Assembly (NCBI GenBank): GCA_000708835.1
Contig: DF237039.1
Location: 1-64,000, forward strand
DNA length: 64,000 bases
Source: Klebsormidium nitens
Lineage: Eukaryota; Plantae; Klebsormidiophyceae
Direction: 5' to 3'
The notes beneath the pieces were generated by a model. The model was given only the letters and a program-made list of their open reading frames with translations, did no database searches and was not told the origin of the DNA. Made by a program: the position numbers and the translations under genes. Positions 12,922-25,761 of this stretch are shown piece by piece. The first letter of the stretch is position 1; each line of letters starts with the position of its first letter.

Positions 12922-14837
12922 AAGCACGGCTGTTTTGTGCGGCTTTTAGCACTGTGTGACAAGACGGAGCGAGAAAATAGTATGTGGACATTTGTGCTTG
13001 TACCCCTGTGTGACAAGACGGGGCGAGTGGAAGGGTGGACGTTAGTGGGAATGAGAGCATTCTTTGTGACTTTGTGTACAGTACTGTGGGAGTCAACCTG
13101 TAGCGTTCGAGTCTGGAAACTGACGTCAGATTCGTTTGATGATCAAAATGCCAGATCGAGCTTTTCACCGCCAATAACAACCTTTTGTGATCGCTTCTGA
13201 ACGATCCAATGCCATCAGTCACGATCTGCCCAATTTTGACGAATGGATGTGATTGAGTAATGAATGTTGAAGCAGAATCTGGCAGCTGATGTTTAATTTA
13301 CGGCGATAAAGGTTGGCTTCCCGTGATCTTATTCTGCAATATGATCGCGCACTGTTTCATGTCATGAATGGCTTCATCGGACAAACATCGCAGAAGTTGG
13401 TACGCTCGAATGCTCGATACGAAGCGCGTTTGAATTTTTATTGCGGAAGTGGGATTAGGAATTAGGCTTGGTCAAGAAAGTCAGGATGCTTTATGCATAG
13501 TCAGTGAGCGCACCTCTGACGGCTCGCACTGTATCCAAAATGGCGCAAAGCACTGCAAATGCATGCTTGATGCCAATGGCTCATGACGCCAGGAGGTTTG
13601 CTTCGAACGGTAAATATTCGCAAACAGACTGAAATCATGCTCCAATTTGGCTTGAGGATAGGCAACCGAAGAAACATATTCACGAAGATGGTGACTCCTC
13701 CCTGCGCATAGGCCGAGACTTTGTGGACCTCATAAGCCACTCTTTGGCAGATCTAACTACAGGAATCAGCGAATTTCAGAGGCTCAAACACTACTGAATC
13801 TCGGACAGGTGGGCCGCGGTGACTGACTCACCGACGGGTTTGTCCGCCCACCCCCGCGAATGCCCCGATCGTCTGACGGGTCGATTTCCGGCTCAGCTCC
13901 TCCATCCCGGCCACCCTGCGAAGCACTCGAGCGTCGGCCGACGTACTGCAATTCGGCGTCGCTGCAGCACGAGAGGTCGCTCTCACGGTCGCCGTGAATG
14001 ACCCCGCGTTTCGGTCCCCGTCATTTTACTCTGGGGTGATCGGCTAGGCGCCCAAATCTTGTTGGTTCCAAAATGTTTGCATCTTGTAATACCTTCGCCT
14101 TGAACTTCCTAACGCACAATTCTGAGAAGGTATGAGTAGGGCGCCCACGGCCCCGCAATAGACTGAACCCATCACTCGAAACGATCAGAAACGTGAATTC
14201 ATGTGCCCACCGCAACAAAGATTGTAGGGAAGGCGCAGCTGAAGGGGTCAACTTGGTCGTACGAGGCCGAGCATGAATCCTCCTCCAAGAAAACTCTGAC
14301 ATGCAGAAGAACGGTCTTCGATACTAGAAGGCAAGCACATGAGTCATTGCACCTCGGTAAAGCCAAGTTCTGACCGTCTGAGCATCTGCTGATCATGCGG
14401 CTTTGCTAAAGTCTTGCGTTTGTCAACACTACGTGAAACTCATGTGAGCCTAAGCCAGCAGTAAGTCGGTGGCTTTGCGCTGCTGCTATTGGAATTGGTA
14501 CTAAAATCGTAACCAGCTCCCGGTCTGAATTCTTTTTCAAACCAGATCGAGGTTCAAGAAATCAAGTTTCGGCTCCACGCAGCCGTTAAAAGTCTACTAC
14601 GCTCGCTTGTTCTTAAAATTGTCAAACAATCCGCCGCTACAGAATATTGCAAGCACCAATAACTTGTACCCGTAGGAAACGGCGAATATCCTTCCCGTTC
14701 TATCCTATTCATGCCTGTATTTCGGCGCGGATCGCGGCGGAGTGAAAGAATGCCTGATGTTTTTGAGGATTCGTTAGGAAACAGCCAGATTATCAGGTAC
14801 ATGATTAGCTACGATTGTTCAACGCTTACTCCCGCAG

Positions 14838-17800
14838 CTATTGCGCGCTTAAAACCCTCGCAACCCCGGCCAGAACTGCCGCCCAAACGCAGCGGGAAGC
14901 GAAGCTTGATCTGGCTGCAGGACTAGCGGCGCTGGTGAAGCTCCCGCCACCAAGCTTGGTGTCGCCGTTCGAACCGTTCTCACTCTGCAAAAGTAAAATA
15001 ATGCTTGTATAAGTCACCTTTAATAGATGGGCAGGCGGCTGGAAGCGAGACTCAGGATTGTAATGTAGCCTGTGAACATCTGAGATGAGTTGAGCCCAAA
15101 GCCGAGCTGCCGCTATTGAAGTACCGGCACAGAAAGACAATTTGCAAGCGAAGAAAATGCTGAAGAGGCGGTCTCGGATACGGACATCCTTCCTGAAAAG
15201 GGACCAAGGCGAACGCGGTTACGTTATCAGGGTGTTTTTATTCTTCCATCAAATTCTTGAGTGAAGCGCCAGAGGCGAATGCAGAACTCAAAATTACCTG
15301 GTCAATACCCCCGCCAGAGGATTCCGAGTAGGGCTGTGTGCCGTTCGCCCCTTCGCCCGGAGTGATGCACTCGCAGTACTGGTTCATGATGCAGCTTGTG
15401 TCACCTCCCTGGACGGCAGTCAAGCATGTACTTAGAACTGGTTTTTGTTGGATAAGTGATCAGCAAAATGACGACGTCCAATCAAAGTAGAGGCGATCAG
15501 GTTTGCTCTGTCAAAGCATATCAGATCCCCATCGGTGGCCAGAGAGAGACCGTTCCGGATCTGTTCAAGCATTATGATTTGACGCCTGGTCAAGCTGAGC
15601 TCCCGTATCTCGCGGGGGGCTAAAGAACGGACTGAAGAAATGCGGGCGGTATTGCTGGAGGGCTCGCTCAAATGGAGAAACCCGAACTCTTTCGTCCGTA
15701 AAATCAGGCCGGGTCAATGTCACTTCGCCACTGTGGCTGGTCAAGTTGGACGGATTGTTAGAGCCCACTGCTTCGTCCAGATCAATCTCAACATAGGGTA
15801 CTTTCATGCTGAACTTATGAAGGCTGGATAGATAAGATGCTCTATTCGAGGCGGCTGCTCGCAGTAGTCCAGAAACTGGTCTCAGAAGTTTTTTCTCCTC
15901 GGTTGATGCAACGAAGCAGAAAAGACACCTGTAGGTCACCCGAACCTTGACTTCACCATTCACAGTTGCACTCCGCACACTTTCGAAACCCATTTTCTTA
16001 CCAGATTACTCAGCGTGTTCGTGCCGAACACGCTGGCCAACGAATACGACGCCCGGAATCCGCTCGGCGGAACCGCCTCCTGGACCGCCGGATCGCATCC
16101 CCCGGGCACCAGGCTTCCGTCTTCGAGCTTGCCGGTGCACGGCATATGCCAACCAAGCGAGGGCACGTCCATAATGTCGCAATAAATGCAGAGCCCCCCG
16201 GAGGAAAACGCGGGGAGGCTGCCCGCTGCGCTGACGTCAAACGTGAACATGTAAGCCGGGACGCCGTAGTTCAGAGGCGGCGAGTAGTCGGTTCGCTGGT
16301 CGTTCCGACTGACGGTGCTCAGAGTGGTGGCACCGGCGGAATTCCGGCACGCTGTTCCGCCGGAACACGTGGGCGTAACATCCACGCCGTTGATGAAGCA
16401 CTTGTTGCCGAACATCATCGGTGGGATGGCAGGCGACGTGGCCATCGTGGCGGGGTTGTACAGCAGGTGGATCGTCAGCTGGCTGCACATGGCAGCGGAA
16501 CGGAACGGAATGAAGAGATACATTTCACAGAGTTTCGAGAGATTGAGGGCACAGAATGTTAACGATCTCGGATTGAGTTCAAACGGTAGAGATTGAATCG
16601 AGGAGGGCATTGTTCTGATATCAAGCAGTGTCTTTCTGATTGGGTACATTCGTGCGTTTTATCTTACAAGGAACAGAGCGATCGAATCAACCCCTTCGAC
16701 GGTAATTTTTTCAGGTCAACCCGGTTCTCTCAAGCACGGATTGTTCTCATTGCCCTCAAAGCAGCGATCTGTGCGAAGCTGTGCGAAGTCTGTACATCAA
16801 TCTTCCTGTCGACCGGTAATCGTGGTGCTTTCGATCAAGACCAAAAACCTACACTGGAAATACGGATCTCACAAGATCTGGGCAGACAGCAATCTGTAGG
16901 ATTTGGAGACTCACGAAATATTACGTAAGTCGCCCGACGCCGGCAGAACGCGCGCTTCGAGCGGGGAATAACCTCCATATTTCGCCACCACAACAGCTGG
17001 GTCTAGCGGAACCCGCACCATGTAACCTTTGTAGCACATCATTCCCCGGGGGACTTGCTGACCGCACTCCCCGCAGTTCTGATCGTCGAACAGAATGTCC
17101 GTACAGCCCGTATCCGGCCGCGCATCGCAGTCTCGAAATCCGCTCGGGCACGCGTCCATAGCGTATCGCGCACCAGCCGCAAACGCCGGCAGGGCGGGCG
17201 GCTGGCCGCTCCCCGACTGGGGGTCAGTCGGCGCGGCAGGGCCTGGCGAAGACCCGGCGCCAACGTCCCGACCGCAGAGTTTTCGATACGTGTCAACGAG
17301 TTTCGTCGCCTTCTTGCTCCAGATCGTTTTGCGCGTTTTGTAGAGAACGCCCTTTGCGAAGAGTGACACCTGTACGCCGAGGCCGGTTGCGGTTGCGCGC
17401 CCGATGATGCATGTGGGCTGCGGGCTTGCGTGGTCCACCACTTGCAGGGGGTTCCAATCCGCGCCGCCGCGGCCCCCCAGCGACAGGAGCGACACCGTAA
17501 CTGCGCGGGGGCCCGGGGAAGAGGATTGATTAGGAAGCGAAGGCCCGATCAAGAGATCGCCTGATACTAAGCACTTGCGAAACGGTCTTTTTGAAGAAGC
17601 ACTGGAGGCGTTTGATTCAATCACGGTTGACACGCACGTATCGCCTTCGAAGTTTCAGTTTTATAGTCTCTGCCTTGTGGCACCGAGGCAAAGACGCGCA
17701 CTACTATGCAAGGGTCTGACCCTGGCTTTGAGGCGTTCCTTCAGGAGCACTACTTGCCAATATGGGCAGATGTGTAAAGCAAAGCAATCGAATCTGGATG

Positions 17801-20800
17801 TCCGATCTAGGAAGGCAGTCCCGAAAGGTATTCAAGGACTCCCCCCGAACTCCAAAATTTCAGATGCCGACTTAGACAACGAATCGTAAGGACCGGACAA
17901 AAAACAAATCAGAGTCCAGTCAATTCTTAAATCTTCTAGCTTGATATGAATACAGAGGGCAAACGAAGGCAGGATTAAAACACCCTTACCTTGCGCGCCC
18001 ACCACCTCGATCCACTTGACTCCGAGGCCCACCGATCCCGACGCCTCCAGCAACCCCTGAAACCCAGCAAACACAAGAACTCTCGGGGCGTTATCCCGGT
18101 AGCAGCCCAAGAAAGCAACAACCGGTTGCAGCTCTCCTTGGATCCCCACGCCCACCACGACCGGTACAATTCCCGCGGCGTAGAATTGGAACTCTCGTTT
18201 GAAGAACTCCTTTTTCTTTGTCAGTACGATGTCTTCGAAGCTCTGCGTGTCCGCTTTCAGGTCGCAGGTCACGTTCAGGGGACCTCCGTTTGCGGAGCCT
18301 GCACGGAAAGGAAACGTATACGATTTTGGGAAACGGCCATTGACGCTTGACAAGATTGTGGGAGTCGTCTGTCAAAGATGCCTTTAAAGGTCATTGGCGT
18401 GTCGCCCTCTTCTCCCTCAGCTTCTTAAATGGTAACGATGTTTGTAATTAGAGATGTACAACGAGGAGGATACGAACATCAGACATAGAAACTGGAAGAT
18501 GCGTCCAACCATCTGCAAGGTCATCAATATTCCGCCCGCTCTCATTAGACACGAAGCTAAAGCACGATTCGCTTCAAGCGGAAGGCAGAGCGCCGGCCGC
18601 CATATGGTATCCGACCTCCGATGAGTAGATTCTTTTCCAGGAAGTTGCGCGCGCGCGCGCGCGCGCTCACCGAGCTTGAGACGCTTCCGCGCGAGCTGTA
18701 TGGTCTCCACGCGGTCCCCGCCGCCCCAGAACGACAGCGCGGCCCCATAAGACACGTTGAAAACATTCGAATTGTTCATCCACGAAGGCGAAATGTCAAA
18801 AGACACTGACGCAAGGTCGATGTCGGTTCCGAAGAGCGTGGCAGAAAGGCCCGCTTTCAGCGCGCCGGTGAACGAGTAGACCGCGGCGGCGCTTCCGTTT
18901 CCGTTTCCGTTTCCGGTGGAGTCGATTGCGCCGCCGTACATGGACGCGACTATGCTCGGCGTCACCGCAATTTTGCCCGCGACTCCGGACGAGGGAGAGA
19001 GGGACCAGCTCGCGCGATACAGGTCTGCCGACCAGGCTGCGCTCTGTAGAGCCAAAAGATGCTTGTTTTGATGGTTCTGTTCACTATTGCGTTGTAAGAA
19101 ACACAAAACATGCCGGTCCTATCTCGATGCAGAAAAAGTAAAAAGGCGCTACAGAAGACCTCGCTTCATCTTTCAGCCTTGTTCTGCTAGCAAACACGGA
19201 GAAAATTCGATTCACAATCTTGTAGTCGGTGAGCTCAGAATGAATCGTCAAGCAAAAGAGGCAACTCCCTGAGTCAGGTACAGCATATGCTGCGTGCTTG
19301 ACACGTACGTAATTTCTCACTTCTAACTGCATATCACTACCGCCACGTGCCAGCCAAACATAACGGTATAGGAAAAGTTTAGAGTTCAACACATCAACAA
19401 CAGAAGCGGCCGACCAATTATACCACCCACCTGATTGCCACCGTCAGACGCTAGGAAGCGCGCCTTTCTTCCCTCTCGCTCGTACGCAGCAACCAAGCCC
19501 AAAGCGTGTGCTGTGTAGTTTCCGCCAGGGTAGAGCGAATTGACAGAGTCCATATGTGCGCGGGCCTCCGTGGTGTATAGGTGAGCGCTTCCCAGAGTGC
19601 TCTTCACTGAGATACTGCAAGGGCAGCCGAGGGGGTAGGGGGCCGTCATCCATGCGGCAGGGGAGACCCTAGGCAAAGCTTTCAGGATCTTGACGATCGT
19701 TTCGGTTGTCAATTTAGCATGCAATTCTTGCACTTATATTCGTTGGGGCTTCAAATTTGTCCAGAACATCATGTACGGTTTGCTGTTTCCAAAGCGTCTG
19801 GCCTTCGAAACTGATTCAGAACCTCATGTCAGTGGGTCTGCGTTTGCTAAGCGGTGGTGAAGGCAAAGGTTAAGTGAAGCGAAGGGCGCGGATCCTGCTG
19901 ATGCCGACGAGTATGTTACTGGCCGACCGAAATGCATATCTTTTCCGATTGTCGCGTGTAACCTCGATGATCACGAGCTGAGGACAATCAGGATCGACCA
20001 TGCAGTATCAAATGATCGATGCGCCTTTGATCAAATCCTGGGCAATAAGACTGCCGGTTGTATTTTCTTCAGCAAGATTTGGACGTGGATCAGATATGGA
20101 TCTTACCTCACGTGGCAACGGAAGAAGCTCAGTCATGCTGGAGCAAATATTAGGTATCTAGCCTTTCAGTGGCAGATCTTCTCTGTTTCGAGAACGTTGT
20201 GAGTTCAACTTTCAGGGCTTTCCGTTGACGTCCCGGAGCTCTCGGCCAACTCACCGGGAGAATGCCGCCAAGCCCTCCCCGGCGTGGGAGGGAAGCTCGA
20301 TGATCTCGTGAATCTGCTTGAAATCGAGGCCCCGTTCCGGGTGCAAAAACGTGTGCGCGATTGACGCGCGAGGGACGAACACGTGGCCGCGCCCTGGAGT
20401 TCTGGGCTCCAAGTAACGGCTCTGCAAAGCAACCCGGATTCGCAACTTCTTTGTAAGGATGGGGATCGTCTGGCACACGTCACGTTGGGATGGCTCTTGA
20501 TCGGATGACATGAGAACCTTGTGAAACTTGTTCTGAGTGTTAGATCACGCCGGCCGGCTTCAGACAAGCTGAATCTACCGGTCACTTTTCTCCTTGGCAC
20601 GCCGAAGGCTGCCACATACTTTCTGCTATAGCAATCTTCCAGGTTGCAAATGAAGCTGACAAAAGGCCTCCTTTCGGAAAAATATTGATCAGGAGCCTGT
20701 TCGTGTGGGCTTACCTCTCGAAAGCCCATCGAACCGTGCGCCTTTTCTTCACTCTCCAGACGAGCCTTCTGAACTTTATGGATGTGATCCGGGTGCTCGG

Positions 20801-23402
20801 ATTCTGTCAGGAGGAAGCGAAATCACAGGGTTTTTCGGCGAATAACCATAGTCGGTTACGGGCTGGTTCGAAGCTGGTTATGACCAGACTCGAGCAGTAT
20901 TACTTGGTTGTTAACATGGCTATAAAGCGGTTATTGGTCAAAGAACCAGACTGAAGTTTGATGATCGAACCTGGTTAGCGGCCAAACCTTCCTGTAAATG
21001 CGTTCGTCAGGTCTTGACAATGTCGTCTTGCCTAAAGGGAGGCGAAGCTCGGCGACTCGAGGGATCATCGGAAACGCAGCGGGACAAATGTGGCGATTGG
21101 CACTAGTCAAGCTCGTCTGCTTCCAGACAAGCTCTCGTTTTAAGGTATAAATTTAAACGCCATGTTTCAGCCGTGCATAACAGGGGACGGCCTTACAGCG
21201 AAGTGGCCTTGAACCCTTACCTTCCACCAGCTCTCCCTCGGTGTCCAACTTAGACGCAGCTCCTGAGTCGAAATGCATCTGCACAAAATGCATCGAAACT
21301 CCGCTTGTGACTTCACGAACTGCAAAGTGCAACCACAAACAGGCTGACATATTCAGGACGTTTGTGTGCAAATCGAGTACGCTGAAGAAATGGTAGGCGC
21401 TGAACACAGATTGTCTTCTTTAAGTCCAACTTGTTCGTGCAGGAGGAAATCCGAAGTAGCAGGTATAGGCCTCATAGCCACTCGTCAAGCGAAGTCGCTT
21501 GAGGCTCGAGGACCAGATGTGATTGCGGGTGCTGTGCTTTTTGATTCTGCCTCCTTTCAAACCGCTGAAAGCTTTTGGACAGTTCGGACTTTTACGCAAA
21601 CCCTCAGAGCTTCAAAGCTTTCAGAAAAGTTCCCTGCACCCCGCTGAACGACTGCCGTCAGTCAGAACGGGGACGCACTTGAGTGCCCGGTCAACTCTTT
21701 GATGCAAGGCAAAAAGGATTAGCTGGATTCTGCTCGACTCCCAACAGATCGCGGCCGTTTTTACCTGACCAATGATGCCACTGAAAAACTTCTCGACGTG
21801 TTCGTCGGGTGCAGCGACCGGAGTCGCTCCTTCGAAGAGGAACTCAGGCGCTTCACTCCCGATGCTGCCGTTGCTGTGGTGGCGATAAACGGCGGTCCAG
21901 CCTCGGACTTCGTGCCACAGTGGCGCGCCCATACAGCTGAACGCGCGCTCCTCGGTAGAGACGGTGCAAGCGGTCGGGTGGTCGGTGGAAAGCTCCAAAA
22001 GGGCACCTTCTTCAGTGGAGCACTCCAAGACACTGCAAAGAGCGTCGAGAGATTATGTACGAGCTCGACGTTGGCTCTTAGGAGGAATTGCAGTGTCTCG
22101 GAGTGGCAAAGGGTGATGGGCGAGCAAGACCGTCTCCGATTTGTGAAGAGTGTAATCACAAGCGCCCAAGCGCCGACTCTACTGAACAGACTTGAACTAC
22201 TCCTAGAAGACAAAGTGGAAAGCAGGGAGGGAGAGGAGAAGACTGTTTGAGTTTCAAAACGCTCTTAGGATCGTGCTGATCTAAATCTGAGCAAATAGTA
22301 CAAGGCAAAACGCGGTGCGCGACTGGCTGAAGGAGACTCACTGAAAGTGGACGGTGAGATTGTAGACGATGCGGTAGTTGATGCCCGCAAGAAGATCTCT
22401 CTGCAGAGATGGAGATGTCTCGGTTGACGAATCAGTGCTTCAGCAGAAGCAAGCGGAAAGAGCTACTACTACAATAAGATGGGGAACCCTCCCATCTCAG
22501 CTTAGACAAACTTGCTTTGCCCTGTAGTCTTCCGGAGAAAGATAAGATATATATCGCGTATTTATACAGGCGGGGAAAAGCCTGAGAACAATCAGAGGGG
22601 GTTCTTTTCACAAATCCTGGTCACGCGTTCAGAATTATTTTGAAAGTTGCTGCCGCTGAAAACAGAACAAGGCACGAGCTTCAGTAGATCACCATCTACA
22701 GTCACTTGAAATCAAAGCAGAGCTTCGAGTCGAAATGACCCAGTGCCCACCTGTTCCTCCTTGCTAACCAGACTTTCCGTCGTCGTCTCAACGTGCAAGC
22801 TCAGCGAGCCTCCAATGTCGTTGCAAGGAGCATCTTCGTAAGTGCGTCCGCTGCAAGCATGCCAAGAGAGTGTCTTCTCTTCTACTTGTTGGGAGCTTGC
22901 AGTGTTTACTAAGAACGGACGTTGTGGAGGAGATTTTCGGAATATTTTGGACTGCAAGGACAAGCATCGCCGCAAGGTCCTGACGTCATTCATGTCAAGT
23001 CGCTTTGGACCCGTGCAAAGAGAACCCTTGATGTTGCGAATGAAGTATGACTCCCTCATGCTTCAATACGAAGCAAACTTCTCATCCAACCAGAGAGACA
23101 GCTGGGCTTGCCACTCACTGATGTTCGCCCCCCAATCGGGCTTTGTTCCACATCTCGCCAGCTTTTCTCCGCACGACAGACGGGAAGAGAGGGATCCCAT
23201 ACGGAATCTGTTCAGGCAGTTCCGCGGACAGCGGAGCCACATCGCCTGGGCTCACATTGTATCTGCACTTGGCGTCGGCCTGTCCTTGACACGTGTCTGA
23301 CCGCGGCGCGCTAGTGGCAGACGCCTCGCACATGAGAAGAGATGCTCCGAGCATAAGGAGCAAAATGCGGTAACCAGGCGTCCTGACGTTTTTCGGGGCC
23401 AT
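14838..23402 (-). CDS. 955-aa secreted protein with a Stig1-like Cys-rich motif and a putative GPI-anchor signal
   Basis: Ten phase-consistent exons: 23402-23119, 21936-21765, 20421-20255, 19668-19431, 19043-18671, 18298-17990, 17500-16915, 16482-16002, 15408-15298 and 14984-14838 (2868 nt). Signal-peptide-like start (RILLLMLGASLLMCEASA), motif CPSGFRDCD...GCTDILFDDQNCGECG, and a C-terminus of small residues followed by a hydrophobic stretch (SAAS...VWAAVLAGVARVLSAQ). Confidence 0.75.
18647..18666. repeat. (GC)10 microsatellite
   Basis: Perfect 20-bp gcgcgc... run starting 5 nt into the intron (donor G|gtgag at 18670). Confidence 0.95.
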
Positions 23403-24689
23403 GATTGGTGCAGATCTGGGAGGTAAGCTCCGCATCTGATGGGGCTTGAATTGTAGCGCGAGGTCGGTTGTGTGACAGATGGATCTGCTGCAAAAGTCGT
23501 CTCAAACTGGAGCTCGGTTGTGGAGCGTTCCAGCTACCTTGTAACAAACTGCCTTTCCAATCTCAGATCATCATGGAGGTACATGGAACCCATGGGCCAT
23601 GATTGACTCCGGGGCCTCGCCATACAGCAGCTGTCTGAGGCCCAGAACCCTCCCAAGGCTATTCCTTGACCGCTGCCTATAAATAGTCACTGGGGTAGTC
23701 GATCTGACATTGGTGCCAGTGATTGCCGCGGCGCGGCGGGTGCATGTCACCTTCCTGCAAGTTGCAAGGCCCTTCGGATCTTCAATATCAACTTCGTTTC
23801 GAAAAGGCTTTTGTCCGCCGTTTGTCCGCGGCTGCATGCATCAGTCGATCTTGAGAACTTGCGTCACGAACTTGTTGAGATTGAAGAGGGAGTAGGTGAA
23901 CCATAGGTGAACCACTGAGCTGCAACGCGATGAAGACTCGTACCCACTGCTCCGTGGCTACGTCAGTACGAAAACATGTAGACAGAGTTTCAGTCACTCA
24001 TTATACAGGAGACCAATCATAGATACTACACGGCGCTAGTATCCACTGAGGTACGATTGAGGTACATGTATCATGTACCTGCTGACGGCGGGCTTTGGCG
24101 CGATATAAATGGACCTGCATCATGGATCACTGATGGATTCAGTGGATTGAGCACCGATTGAGCCGCTGGTTATACCTACCTAAGTTGGTACTTGGAAAAG
24201 CTTTTGCAATTTCCATGATGGTACGTTTTGTACTACAACCTGTAGGTCGACGCTTGAGTCCAGTGTCCACCTTTCAGATCTGCGAGAACTACCGTCAGCG
24301 AATTAGAACTTACCTAGTACTTTGTACCGTATACCTACCTAGCTTGCAGTGCAGCACGCGTACCTACCTCTGCCTACCTAGGTCCTAGTCTACCTAGCTA
24401 GGTAATCGCGCGCGCAGATCTGATCTAAGTCTTATCAATGGTATCGTGGCTTGAGCGGTATCCGACGTGGTACTGATCTACAACGCAAGTTTTGGACGAA
24501 GCAGTTACGCGCGCACAGACAAATTGCGTCATCGCACACAATCGACACCGTCAAATATAGAGTAGAAATCAGTCAGTTCCTATTTTTAGCCGTTGATGAT
24601 GTCCAATTGCACGCGACCGTCGCCAGATGGATGGGTTTGGAATCCTCGATAACTCGCGGGTCACAAGCCGGCCGGTTTTCCAACTGTTC

Positions 24690-25565
24690 CAAGTTCCTGT
24701 CTGGCATGAACATCCTGTCCCCTGGGATGTTCAAGTAAATTCTGTCATCGGACGGTTACGAGTCCAAGATCTTCTGCAAGATTTCATCTGACGGTTTCAA
24801 AAGCCATCAGCTCCGGGCCCCGGGGGCCGCCGGTCGGACCGAGCAACGACTCGGTAAAAACGCTTGTCCCGAGATGCTGGCTGTAACAAGGAGGAAGACG
24901 ACCAACGAGGAAGAAGGCAAGACCAACAGGCTGACTGCCATGGCTGCGCACCATTTTTACCTAGCTCATGGGCGAACATGGCAGTTGGGGGGAAAGCACC
25001 TTGTCCTTTTCATTGCAAAAAATGGCTTTTCCGGACCTCCATGACCAATCTGATGTCATGCTTCCGTTACATTTTTCTGGATTGGCCTTCGGGGGTCTTC
25101 CCCAGCTTGCTTGAAACCGCTATGGCTGCCATTAGGGTTCACTCTAGGCTCAAAACACAAAGTTGGTTTGGGGGGAAAGGGTGCGGCAAATACATGCACA
25201 AAAAACAGATAAGTGAGGTTGGCCAAGGATTGGGGGTGGCATGCTTCCGTTACATTTTGCAGAAAAGCTTTGTGCATGCTGCCCCAGCTGCACATCAGCT
25301 CCAGCTGGCAGCCATGGCGCCAGCTGAAAGCTCCTCTGTCAAGACTAGCAAGACCTGGAAACGGGACTTCAAATCTGCAGACTTCCGTCCATCGGATTAG
25401 GCTCGGAAAATTCGCTCTCGCCGAAAGTCGACTTGACCCCGCAGACCGTACGATCCATACTCTCCTGTTCTCGGGTCTGCTTTGAGCACCGTCGATAAAA
25501 GTCCGCCCCGGTTGGAGTCAAAATTTACTTGGAAACTCCAGGTTCATGCCAGACAGGAAGTTGGA
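24690..25565. repeat. Degenerate inverted repeat pair (arms ~24690-24810 and ~25475-25565), possible MITE/foldback relic
   Basis: aagttcctgtctggcatgaac...aagtaaatt (24691-24740) is the reverse complement of aatttacttg...gttcatgccagacaggaagtt (25522-25562), allowing for an indel and one mismatch. Weaker similarity continues inward. Confidence 0.5.
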
Positions 25566-25761
25566 TATTGAAGAGGTCCGCAGTGAATTGGTAGATTATT
25601 GTAAAAAAAGACAGCCGGGTCTCATAAGCCGGTACACGGGTATGACGTTCATGGGCTGGGTTTAGCGTAACGCTCTATGAGTCTTAACCGCTGGCAATGT
25701 CGGGCGGGGCTCTTCACATGGTCACACAGAATCACATTCAAGCAGTTTGTCTGCTTGATCA

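Noticed and set aside
12954-13022. tgtgtgacaagacgg repeated twice in a 3' region
   Set aside because: Short local duplication with no supportable function.
16002-16010. Alternative donor A|gtaatc at 16009
   Set aside because: It gives a phase mismatch with the next exon. CTG|gtaaga at 16001 is stronger and in phase.
21798-22250. 150-aa plus-strand ORF
   Set aside because: It is the antisense shadow of exon 21936-21765 of the secreted protein, whose splice sites fit both neighbouring exons.
24864-25400. 178-aa ORF inside the inverted repeat
   Set aside because: No transposase or other motif, and the composition is not coding-like.
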